Shown: positions 22,916 to 34,532 of the stretch, piece after piece
Layout: each line of letters opens with the position of its first letter
How positions within the stretch are numbered: position 1 is the stretch's first letter
Source: Atractiella rhizophila
Lineage: Eukaryota
Length of the DNA: 39,572 nt
Assembly: GCA_021432655.1 (NCBI GenBank)
Contig: MU271501.1
Location: forward strand, 12,687-52,258
Direction of reading: 5' to 3'
Notes under the pieces: model-generated
What the model saw: the letters and a program-made list of their open reading frames with translations, nothing else
What the model was told of the DNA's origin: nothing
Databases searched by the model: none
Program-made: the position numbers and the translations under genes

Positions 22916-23416
22916 TGTCCCACCAGAAGCAAGGAAAGAGCCAGTCAAAGTTCGGCCGAAGATAGGAAGCGTCGATCACCATTCATTCGCGGGGATCCCT
23001 AAACAGGCAAGGCCATCCGGTTTTGAAGACAACTTTTGTCATCCGTCCAACGTCCACCTCTGGCGTCTGCTCAGCTGTACATAGCTACCAGAAGAACTCC
23101 AGTGAGTCCACTTCCCTCATCTCTTTTGTTATTGGTAAGCTAATGCGGGTTGGTGCGGTGGTTCAAGCCTTCTGAAGTTCGAGCTTCCTGAAGTCTTCGA
23201 GTTTGAGATCCCGTCGACGGCGCCAAAGGTGCTCTTGGTCCCTTTCCCTGTAAATCCCCTACACAGTACACCTATCATCTCAAATATCGACCTCTCCTCT
23301 GCTCTCATTATCCCCTGCCTTCGACGGTTAGGCGAGCTCGCGGCCTGTGCGCATCACAACTGCAGCTAATTTCTTGGATTGAGAGTGTTGGATTAGCAAG
23401 GATAAGATAGCTCAAG

Positions 23417-24784
23417 ATGGGTATCTGCGGCTCAAGCATGGGCGATGATTCGATGGCGACCCCCGAAGAGGTGAAGAGGTCGAAGGCTGTGGAAAGGATT
23501 ATCAAAGAGGACGAGAAGCGGATGCAGAAGGAGGTCAAGATTTTATTGCTTGGACCTGGAGAGAGCGGGAAAACTACCATCCTGAAGGTGTGCATTTCAG
23601 TTAGAAACGGGTTATCCGTGGTGTTTCGACGGCAGTTGCTGTCACTGTCCACCGAAGAATTGAACTGACCGCATTCCGTGTTGGTGGGTGGCGAAATAGC
23701 AAATGAAGATCATCTATCTGAACGGTTTCACCTCTGCCGAATTCGACCATTACCGGACGATGGTATTCCACAACATTCTCGACTCCATGATCCTCTGTCT
23801 CGACCTCATGTACGAGTGGTCGATCCCTCTCGAGATCCAAGAGAACGAAAAATATTACGACCTGCTCACCAACCGGCCGGATCTCATGGACGGTCAAGCA
23901 TTTCCAAGAGATTACCTAGGGCCTCTATTGAGTCTTTGGAACGATGGCGGAGTGCAGAAATGTGTTGCGAGGGGTAATGAGGGGGCAGTGCCGGAGAAGT
24001 GCGCTGAATTCTCCCTCTTCACCGGCAAGATCTAACTCAGGGGCAGCATGAACTATTTCTTTCCCAAATTACACGAAATCTTCAATGCCAAGTCATATCG
24101 ACCGTCAGAACAAGACGTCCTCCGTTGCCGTGGGAAGACGACAGGCATAACGGAGATGGCATTTCACATTTCCGAGCTTACGTACAGGATGTTCGATGTC
24201 GGTGGACAACGGTCAGAGAGGAGAAAGTGGATTCACTGTTTCGACGGCGTCACCGCCATCCTTTTCGTCGTTGCCATCTCGGGATACGACCAGTGTTTGA
24301 TCGAGGACAAGGATTCGGTTCGTCTTCTTCCCCTTCTTTCTCGATCACCGTTCTGATTCTTGAATTTGTTTCGGTATGTTAGAATCAAATGCAGGAATCG
24401 CTAATGCTCTTCGACTCGATCTGTAACTCCCAATGGTTTCTCAGCACCTCCATGATCCTCTTCCTCAACAAGTCCGACCTCTTCAAGGAGAAGGTCGAAT
24501 CCGGCCACAACCCTCTCAAAACGTACTTTCCCGATTACGAAGGTCCACCCATGGATTATATTGCCGCCAGAGAGTACTTTCGGAAGCGGTTCATACGTCT
24601 CAACCGTCAGAACAATAAGGAAATTTACACAAATTTCACTACAGCGGTCGATACAACACTGCTCAAAGTCGTCATGAGTAGTGTCACCGAGTTCGTCTTT
24701 CTGCCTTTGTGAGGAGGAGGACGTTTGCTGATGGGAAAGGATAGCATTATTATTACGAAGAACCTCCAGGAAATCATCCTATAA
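23417..24784 (+). CDS. Heterotrimeric G-protein alpha subunit (probably fungal group II)
   Basis: MGICGSS lipidation motif; KILLLGPGESGKTTILKQMK; LRCRGKTTGI; DVGGQRSERRKWIHCF; ILFLNKSD; TTAVDT; C-terminus KNLQEIIL*. Four coding introns, the first at 23588-23699. Confidence 0.97.
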
Positions 24785-25885
24785 TCTTCTCCCATTCCCT
24801 TTATCTCCAATCTGGAGTTTTGTCAATCCTTCACTTCGCCAAACGTCCCACCATGCTCATTTTATACATTCTATTCGCGTCGCCAGCCTCGTCGGAATAC
24901 CCTTCATGGACCACCATGAACCGGAACCCACGGATCACACCTGCCAGGCAACTTGCTCATACACCAAAACTTCTATAATCATCCATCAGTCGCCACGCGC
25001 ACTCATTCACTCATTTCCCATCCGTACCATTATCCCATGCCTGTTCGATCGCAACATTCTTTTTGGGTATTCTCTTGTCCCTGGCACCACTACTTGACGA
25101 CTCGCTCACTCTCTCTTCGCTGGAATATCTGGAACCTCCCCTTTTTTATATTTGGATAGTTGGAAGTCACTTATCAATCGGATTTGTTTCGTTACAATAT
25201 TGTCGTGCTTATCATATTCTATTCATTCTCCACTTCTGATCAACGTCTGATAGTGTTGTTCAGTCCTCTTCAGTTCACTCCTCTCGCAGGGAGAAGGCAG
25301 GCACCGCTTCACCTTTTAACGTCTCCATCCTCTTTCCCCATCCCTTTCTCACCCTTCATCCTAGCTGGTGCTCTTCTTTCTCTGCCGGTCAAAATTGCTT
25401 GATTCACAATAACCGTCTCTTTAACCAAACCAAATCCGTCCGTGATTCAAAATCAAATCTGCAGCTGCTGTTTCTTCGTTCTCTTTTTGGGATTGGTAGC
25501 TTGTAAAATATGCAAGGGAACGCCGTAAATACTATCAATTCCTTCTTCCCTTTCCTTGTTCCTTGAAAGCCAGGCCAACCGAACCGAGAGAGAGACACTG
25601 AAGCACAGCACATAAACATGGATAGCTCGACAGCGGAGCATCTATTTTACACCAACTTGAAGAGGACTGGAAAATGACGGACACAAATCGAAGTGCACTA
25701 CAGGCAGCGAAATTGAAGGTAAATAGGAAATGCGTAGGTCGGCATAACTAGATTGTTCTTGTTCATTGTCCTTCGGGAGAAGAACGATTTTAAAGCGACG
25801 CGTAGACTATCATTCGTATTCCACGGATACATGAGTGAAGAAAGCTAAGTAATGGAGTGGACCGAAGCAAGGAAATAGATCATGA

Positions 25886-28108
25886 TCATGAAACAGTTCC
25901 AGGTGCGCGAATGGTGTGTGGTTCAGGGCTGAGGGAGGTATCTTCTCCTGATGCCGGAGTAGGGGGAAAGACGCGAAGTGGAGGGGACAGGGTGGATACG
26001 GGGGACGGTTGCACGGTCTCTGCAACAAGCGAGTTCCTAGTCGAAGGAGGGATGGCCGACAGGGGTTGGGGTTCGGATTGGGGTTGATTGATAGGTAGGA
26101 GGTCGGATGTCGGGGATGAGGAATCGTCAGAGGAGGAGAGGGAGGAAAGGACGGTTTGTCCGAACGGAGGGGATTGTTCGAGTTCCGGGATAGTGGCGCT
26201 GCGCGAGACGTCGTCTCCTTCTGCTTCAAAGTCGAACGTGGGAATTGTAGCGGTTCGCGATACTGCTGGTGCACTTGACGATTCTGCATCGTTCGGAGCG
26301 ATGATTTCTTCTTCTTGTCCATCTGCGATGATGCCTGTTGCAGGTGCCGAAGGAGAGTTCGAGGGTAAGAGGCTCTCTTGGCTACTCGCCATTTCAAAGC
26401 TTGGAGGTGCTTGAAGCTGTGAAGGATTGATGCCATATTTATTGAGATTATCCTCGCTCGTCAAGAACTTCATCTGCTCCGCCGTGGGTTTAGCCTTAGG
26501 ATAATTCCATTGGCTCCTAGTAAGAGTTTCAGTGATCGGGCCAGAGATAGGACCGAGGGAAGAAGTGGATTGGTTCATTTCTCTCCTCGCAGAGCCACGC
26601 GAGAGGAACGAAGACTGAGAAGGCGAATTGAGGCGGTGTCCAAACATAGAAGGGGTGGAGGGAGTGATGGGAGAAGCGACAAGAGGAGCGGTGGAGGAAG
26701 AGGTTGCCGTGCGTCCGAAGAGGCCGAAGAAGCTGCTTCGAGACCTTCCATGTCCGTTGTTGTTGTGGCTTTGGGAGGACGAAGCCTCGGTGCTCTGTCT
26801 TCCCAGCACAAGAGAGCTGGCGCTAGACTCCGCACGACCCCTATTGGTTGCAACAGGGGAAGTCAGGTCCACATCTTCGAATCCGGAACTGCCGCCTTCG
26901 CGTCTAGGGCCTGTTGGTCGACGTCGGGGCGGTGGGACGTATGCTGGGGGGTTGTCTGTCGGGATGGTTTGGGCCTGAGCTTGGGTCGGGGAGGACTCTG
27001 TTACTTCCGCCGAAAGAGGAGCGGCCTGGTTTTCAATCTCCATCTGTTCCGTGAATACAGAGACTGGAGCCGTCCTCGCACTCCCTCCCGTCCCTTGCCT
27101 GTTCGGTTGAGGGGTGCGCACTATCTCCTGCTCCCCATCCGTCTCCCCGCTCGACCGCCCATGCTCATTCGTACTCATCCTGCTCAGATCTAGGCTGGTA
27201 CTGCTCATCAGTAACGAATTTCCCTCCTCACTATCCCTGTCCAAGTCCCTCGATCGCGAAGCGGACAGTAAAGCCATTCCGCTCTCGTCCGTCCCATGCC
27301 CGGCGACAGAGTCTGCGAAGAGGGTGGAAGGATGTTGCGAGCTGAAGGAGCCGCCAGAGAGAGCGCGGTTGTGAGAAGGTGAAGTATCGGCGGCTCGATT
27401 CTCGATGAGCACCATTTCTTCGTCAGGCACGTCTTGGCTATGGACACAGCACCGTCAGACTTCAGCACAACACTTCCCTCCAAGAATAGACGGGAAGGAG
27501 ACGAACTAGAGAGGCAAAGTCTTCGTGCTCGGGTTTCTCCTAGCTCTCCTCCCCCTCCTACCCCTGTTGGCCTCAGCCGCTGCCTCCTCTCTCGTACTCA
27601 TCCCCCTCGTGATCCGACTCAATTCGTCATCCGCCCTTGCGCTGCTTACGCTCGCCCTCCCGCTCCCACCGCTGCTCGCCACTACGTTACCACTGCGGTT
27701 CACCTCCCTCGTCTCCGGACCATTGGCGGAGGGGACGGTACGTGATGGATTGATACGGCTGTACGACCACCAATGGCGGATGGCATCTCGTTTGAAACCC
27801 CAGATCACCTATCTCTCCGTTAAGCCTCCTCGTTGGATGGGGATCATAGGAGAAAGGCGTACGGCGAGGATGATGACCACGGCGGCAGGGATTGCACCTG
27901 ACAATTAACAAGTAAACCGGCGTCCTTGAATAGGAGAAAGTTACGTACCAGCCAGAAAAGCTATGTTTGACTGCGTTGACCGAATACCACATTCAGACCC
28001 TCCTCTCTCATTTTGAAGCACAGGAATACTCACGCCGCCACCATCGTTCTTTTCCTGTTGCTGTCCATTGCTTGCTTGGGCACTGACCAATGCCCTCTCC
28101 CACACCAT
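25886..28108 (-). CDS. Single-pass membrane protein with long disordered cytoplasmic tail and PY motifs (uncharacterised)
   Basis: Spliced: MVWERALV...GGG|SNIAFLAGAIPAAVVIILA|VIWGFKR (TM), RRARRNPSTKTLPLYQDVPDEEMVLI, NPPAYVPPP, YPKAKPTAEQMKFLTS. The final exon is a ~514-codon open frame. Confidence 0.75.
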
Positions 28109-28559
28109 CCCAATACATGATCCAAGCAAAAGTAACAACAACATCATCTCCAGTCGTGGCTCGAATTTCGTTCAGTTGGTCGTTCGAAGTAAGCAGAAGA
28201 GGCGTAAAAGGTCAGCTGGAGGGTTTAGAGCAATATTTCAGGGGAGCATCCTCGGGTTTAGCACAGCCGACGTTCAGTGTTCACCGAAAGAAGGCCAAAG
28301 TCGCCCGTTCCCTATCATTTGCGAGGTGTTAGCTCGCTTTCCGTATCCGTCGCTGCAGCTTACAACAAAGTTATGTTCCCTTTTAGATACAGTGTCGCCC
28401 TGACAAGCTTACAGATAAGCACCTGGATGATCGTCTGCTTGCAAGTGTGACAAACAATGCCAACCCCTCCTCCTTTGGGGTTCATGCAAAACAACGGTGC
28501 CCTACATAAAAACTACTAGCCACTTGTCTATAATTCCTCAGGCTATATTCGTACAGCAA

Positions 28560-30892
28560 ATGGCAGATTCGAGTGCCTCCCCAATGGCTCAACTTCCAGC
28601 GACAACCGACAGCACAGAGGTGCTCGAGAACTTCCAAGAGGATGAAGAGGAGGAGGGTGTCAAGGAATCAGAAACGCAGCCTTCGGCCAGCTCAAGCGTC
28701 GCAGCTGCTCTTTCAAACGCGGCGTCAGATGGAACAGACAGTGGGATTGGTGAGAGTTCTTCCGAAAGCACGGTGAAAGAGAAGGAAAAGGAAAAGGGCG
28801 ACGAGACAGAGGAAGAGACCGTGGTCGATTCTGGGGCTGGAGGGAGCAACGGGCATGGGAGTGGCCATAATTCAGCGCCTGAGGTGTCCCCTCAGAACGA
28901 TACCAAAGCGTTACAAGACGGTGAGACCACAACAGCCGAAGCCGAAGAAGTCACGACGCGGGAGCAAGACGTCCAGACTATTCCTCAACCAGTCGTCTCG
29001 GTCTCAATCTCCCAAGAAGCCTACAGCACAACAAAAGGCAGTCTTTCCGTTCGCTCCATTGGCGTGTCATGCGACCTCATTCGTCCCACAATCATAACGA
29101 TGGAAGTTGTGACTTACGCACGACCAGAGCTCTGGTCTAGACTCCCACAGGAAACGGCGGAGAGAGTCCTTAATTTCGTCGCTGCAAAGGAGGAGGGTGA
29201 GGCTAGGGAACGCCAAGTAGACCCAAGGAGGACAGGCTGGTTGGCAGAGGGTCACCAGAGCTCCAAGGACATCCTGTACGCTTTCCTTCTTGGTTCTTGC
29301 CGGTTACATCGGAAGGGTTGATTCGTATATCGGATTCGTGTAGGGTGCACCGTGGTTCGATTGCCACAATGAAGCGTGCCATGTTGGTCTGCAAGCCCTG
29401 GTACTTCTTCCTCGTCCCCCAATTCTATGGACGCATCGTCGTTCCCTCGCACTCGAATCCGGTCCGTCAACTCATCGCTATCCTCCCGAAGGAACCCTCC
29501 GTCGCGCCCACTAGCTCCTCCAAGGAAGGCGCGAAGGGTAAGGACGGGAAGGAGAAAGAGATGTCAGTCACCTTGTCCCCTTCAGCCTCGATACTCAGCG
29601 TAGCATCCACCGATAGTTCTGCCTCTACCGACTCGTCGACATCCACCTCGACGAGCACTAGCGCCTCGACGTCCACCTCCACCTCTTCAGCTCCTTCGTC
29701 CACCGCCGCAATGGAACTCAAAACCTTCGGCTCCAAAGTGCACACTCTCATCCTTCCCGAGACGGACTATGCGCATACTCACCTCCGTCCACTCCTCAAA
29801 CACATGCCTAACCTTCACACACTCCAATTCTCCAGGTACTCCCCCGTCGCTTCTTCGTCATCCACCAAGTCCTTCCCATACTACCTCACTCCATCCCTCC
29901 GCCGCATAGTGGAATATAACGTCTCGCCACATGCGTCCAACGATAGTAGAGTCGAGACCTTGATCGACTGTTTCAATAAGGCTCCAAACGTCGAACATCT
30001 CAGTGTCGCTGGTATTACTTTGTCTACGGTACAGAGCCAGAGATTGCTCTTTGTGTGGAGAATCAATAAGAATTTGATCCACGCTGCGAGTGGAGCCGAA
30101 GGAAGGGGATTGAAGGAGATATACCTTGGAAACAATTGCAATGTCGGCCTCGGTTTCCTCAGAGGACTGAGCGAGAGCTGTTCCAGTCTTACTTCGTATG
30201 TCCTCTCTTTCTTCCCTCTGTGATGCAACAGCTTGAGTTGACGAAATATCAGGCTCCACATCGACGCGGGCTGCACCGTCTCCACGGATAGTACGAACGG
30301 TACGACCTCACATGCGCTGGACATCAAAGACTTCGTGCGAACCTGGGGCGCGACCCTCACTTCACTCACGCTGGTCGGCTGCTCCGACATGCCCACGACG
30401 GGAGGGAACTATCCCTTCGACGAGGTCCTAACGGTGTGCCCACACCTCCAAACGCTCCATTTACGGTCGGACCACATCTCGTTCGACTTCTTCAGGTCCA
30501 TTCTCAGCCTCCACAATCCCCCACACGACCCCTTCTCGTCCTCTTCTGAAGGAGGAGCAGGGGGAGAGGTGACAGAAAAGCCGAAGAGCAGGTTGCACCT
30601 CTGTTATCTCAGGATAACGCACACTATCCCGTCTCCTGGCACTTTGATCGCTTCCAAAGACTCGATCGTCCTCCCCAACAAACAGGCGGTGCTCCTCTTC
30701 GCTCGTACTGCCCTCGAACTCGAGGCGAGGGGAATAAGCTGGCCGAGCGGATTCGACGAGGGTGGAAGGACGAGTCAGAAGGATATGCTGAATCGTGCGA
30801 CTTGGTTGATGGAGGGTGTGGCTAGGAAGAGGGGAATCGATATTGGGAAGGGAAAGAGGGACGAGGAGGAAAGCGAGAGCGACGAGGAGTAG
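28560..30892 (+). CDS. F-box-like / RNI-type leucine-rich repeat protein with acidic N-terminus
   Basis: Three long consecutive frames joined by GT-AG introns (~29276-29343, ~30196-30252). LWSRLPQETAERVLNFV...AMLVCKPWY is F-box-like; LRR-like units MPNLHTLQFS, APNVEHLSVAG, LKEIYLG, LTSLTLVGC, CPHLQTLHL. Confidence 0.72.
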
Positions 30893-31412
30893 TAGTCTTG
30901 AAGTAAGAAGTAGGTCCATTAGGTACTAAGGGAAGTGGACGGTGTGCTGCGAAGTTTTTTTTTTGGTTTGGTTTTGCTCTGGAAGGAAGAAGCGAGATCG
31001 CTTCATCCAAAATCTATTCACCTTTAATGCTTACTCGTTCCTGTTTATCGATTTAGCCGTTTGCTTAATCCTCACATAATGTGTCTTCGTCGAAGCTTCA
31101 TCGATTCAACTTCCAGATAGCATTACCTTGCTCCGATCACAGTTTCAGTATACTCACTACGTTGCTCTGCTCATTAGTTACCAATCCGTTGGAAGTCATA
31201 GGGTCATTACGCATGCTGCAATTCACTGAATTTACGTCCTATCGACACCTCTGTGCCATCATTCCGAGAGTTCTTCGTACTCCTACGACACGTAAGCTTG
31301 AAGACGCTGCACAATGGCCTTCCTTCGAGAGGATGGGGAGCGTGTCGCTTTACGAAGTGCTCTTGCACTTGGATTGAGGTAGGTGGTTCAGCGGCCGCCA
31401 AGCGCACTAAGT

Positions 31413-31826
31413 TCATGACAACGTTGATGAGAATTCATTCACCTTTTGGGAGGAAGTGAAGAAGACGGACGAGTTTCTGGATAGATTATCGATGTAGTTC
31501 CTCAGCACGTCATTGCCTCCCTTCAGCTTCGCGCACTCGGTCGTCACATCGTCCACTCTCTCCAGGAGGGCTTGAATCCAAAGTCTCGTCAGGCTCAAAA
31601 AGACAGCTGGGATATTGGGATAATATGAACCGTACCCTTAAGACCTTCTTGCATGAGTAGGATCTCCCTGTTGGCGATTTTTCAATGTTTTCAAACTTGA
31701 GAAAGCGCAGGATGAAACGCACTTGACGATCTTTTCTTTCTCTAGCACTTCGGCAGGGGACACTTCCGCCTTTGTGCTGCTCCAAGCCACTGCTCCAATA
31801 TCGAAATCGGGGTTGTCGTCCTCCAT
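31413..31826 (-). CDS. Short coiled-coil protein (SCOC/Slo1, DUF2205-like)
   Basis: Spliced MEDDNPDFDIGAVAWSS...VLEKEKIVK|EILLMQEGL|KALLERVDDVTTECAKLKGGNDVLRNYIDNL matches the L..RVD.V..E..KL...N..L..YI.NL pattern. The exact 3' end is uncertain. Confidence 0.78.
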
Positions 31827-32725
31827 TATACAAGTCCAAATCGTTTGGTTTGCTTAATATGGTGTCAATGTTGAATGTTTGGGCATATTTGTGCGTTTAG
31901 CTTATCAGTCGCCCAAGAAATTAGGTTCGGCCCTATTATCCAGTTGGAGACCCTCAGGAACATCCATCGTTTCAGTTCAGCTTTCACTACAGCATTCCAT
32001 TTTCAGTCTTTTGGCCTTCACAACTCTGGACGAGTGCTTAGGTAAGGCTTTGTGGTGCTTTTATCTGAAAATTAGCAATGTCTTGTTCTTCCGTTACAAT
32101 CAGTCATTCCATATTCCATACTTTATTTTATAGTTCTGTCATTTGAGACAGCTTTCGAGGAGGACAGCAAGAAGATTTGATATTGTGAAGGTTGTTGGTC
32201 GTTCCTCGTGAACAGTATATTTAGTGTTGTGGGAGGAAGAGGATGAGGACCCTGACTCCGCCAACCTCGAAGGATTGCTCCTCCTTCGTTCAAGTTTCAG
32301 CGCACGGTCCTTATCCGGACGATGCCTAGTTTGTTGTCTGTTCTTGTTACCATTGCTACTCTCCCGCTCTTAAAAGCTAGCAGGAGTACGACGGATTACG
32401 GTGAAACCGGAACTGTTTGTCTTGCACCCATCAGGAGCATCCCATAACCATAGATTGTTTGAGAACAAAAGGTGGGACGACCCGTTGGGGTTCTCTTTGG
32501 CCTACCACTTCTGTATTGCTTTTGGCCTTGCATCATTTTACAGTTACAACTTGAGCTGAGCCGCAGCTGATAAGGGATATTCAGATTCAGACCGAAGGTG
32601 TTCTTGATCCACTTCCTCCACAGAAACGTCCATGTAGACGCCGCTCCTTCCACTTCGGAATCCGGCCGATTGCTCACCTCTCAGCCTACTGTCTCTTCGC
32701 CCATCGATATCTACGTTTCCGAAGG

Positions 32726-34087
32726 ATGGCTCAATCCCCCACACCCACTACCACGTCAATGTCAATGGAGTCCCCCTTCTACACCCTCTGTTCCACCCGT
32801 GCCCAAGTCCTCATTTGTGCTTCCGAGGCACGTCGTTATGGTACCATCGCATTCGATTGCGAAGGCTCCAACCTCGGCAGCGCAGGAGGTTCTCTCTCTC
32901 TCATGTCAGTCTGTATCGTCCGCACCCGTTCCGTCTTCCTCCTCGACTGTCTCCTCCTCTCCCGATCCGACCTCGATCCCTTCTTCGACGTCCTCAAGGA
33001 TCCTTCGGTGCGCAAAATCGTATGGGATGGCCGGTTAGACCAGAGCGAATTATTTCATGGATGGAGAACGAAGATGGTTAATTGTCTTGATATGCAGCTG
33101 GTCGATGTGATGAGTCGCAAATTGAGGGCTCAGACTTGGATTGATCAGGCTGAGAGATTGGTGAGGAGGAAGTATGCGACGTGGGAGTTGGTCAAGATGC
33201 ATCCCGCCATTTACGGCAAGATAAACGTCTTGTTGGGACTTGAACAGGCGGCGGTGGAACACGGCATACCTGTAAACGGTCAGTAACTACTCCTGTCCTT
33301 CCCTTTCTCGTCGAGAGAATGAACTCATGTATATTGAAACGAAAAATATAGATCGACCTACACAGATCGACCATCAGGCTTGGATGAGGCGGCCTTTCGA
33401 ATCGCATGAACTCTTAGACTATGCGGTTTCCGTACGTCCTTGAATGACACTCTTCAGATCCTGATCAAATTCACTCGATAATAGGACGTTATCCTCATTG
33501 CCTCTCTCTACGACCATTTCACCACTCAAGGTTACTACGATGCAACGTCGCTGCGTCTCCGTACCGCAACCTACCTCAACTTTCACCTAATCGGCCGCAG
33601 GGATCCCAACGACAAGTTCCGAGGCGGCCACCCGCTTCTTCCACTCGAAATCCTCCATTCGTCCCCTATGTCGGAGCAACATATCCATTGCTCTCGCTGC
33701 CAGCGTCTGCTCGGTCGATTGGCGAGCTTTTCCCGGTCGGAACAGGAAGGAAAGGAGGTATGCTACGTCTGCGCTGTCGTGCAGTGGCGTGTGCTACATA
33801 CCGAACTGGAGAAGGTGGGGAGGGAGATTGGGCGGATGATGGGACGGTATTCTGAGCCTGGAGTCCGAGTTAGTGGGGAGAAGATCTTGAAGGAGATGAA
33901 GATTTTGGAGACTCATCCCATGTCTCCCTTCACACTTTCTTCCAAGCGTAACCTCCTCAAACAGGTTCATGGACAGCAGGATGTGGTGACGGCCCGCGCA
34001 AGGCTCTATGTCACATCTCAGAAGTTGGAGGTTGGGATGCTGCAACTGCCTCTCATTTGCCTCTACGATACTCCGAGAGGCAAGTGA
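32726..34087 (+). CDS. DnaQ-like 3'-5' exonuclease (DEDDy; EXD1/Egalitarian-like) with C-terminal Cys cluster
   Basis: Exo I IAFDCEG, Exo II KIVWDGRLD, LDMQL, Exo III WMRRP...LLDYAVS|DV; then HPLLPLEIL and CSRC...CYVC. Two introns near 33279-33351 and 33432-33484. Confidence 0.85.
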
Positions 34088-34162
34088 GCCTCCTCTCCAT
34101 ACTTGACGAACACGGACGTTGTTTAGTCCTTCGAATTTCCTCTACCCTTCCTTCTCTTCCTC

Positions 34163-34237
34163 GCTTCTGTGCTCTGCTCATTAATTACAGCTTTGATGCT
34201 TCTGTGCTCTGCTCATTAATTACAGCTTTGATGCTTC
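34163..34237. repeat. Perfect 35-bp tandem repeat (about 2.1 copies) downstream of the exonuclease stop
   Basis: gcttctgtgctctgctcattaattacagctttgat at 34163 and 34198. Confidence 0.95.
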
Positions 34238-34532
34238 CCATTTCGTGCTTTCGTGCTGCAGCTGTAGATGGATTGAATGCTTTCAGATACGACTTTCGAC
34301 CAGATATCGATTGCTTCGTCTTTGGTTCGGATCTTAGCACGCAGTCAGAAGTATACCGAGTGTTGTATTTGTATTCAGTCCTGCAATCATGATCCGTAAC
34401 GTGTTGTCTTCTGACAATTCTCTTCATCCGTCCTTATCCTGACAAGCTTCATCATGAAGAGCTCATTAAATATGCCCAAAAATACTAGCATTCACCATTA
34501 TCCCCAAAATGTCCATCCCTAGTCCCAAGGTA

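Noticed and set aside
4140..24784. GPCR plus G-alpha as a signalling gene cluster
   Set aside because: They are about 17 kb apart with many unrelated genes between; nothing in the sequence indicates functional linkage.
3147..30919. Many long antisense ORFs (e.g. 3147-3698, 8314-8739, 26510-27193, 29881-30396)
   Set aside because: Shadows of real genes on the opposite strand in GC-rich, low-complexity coding sequence.
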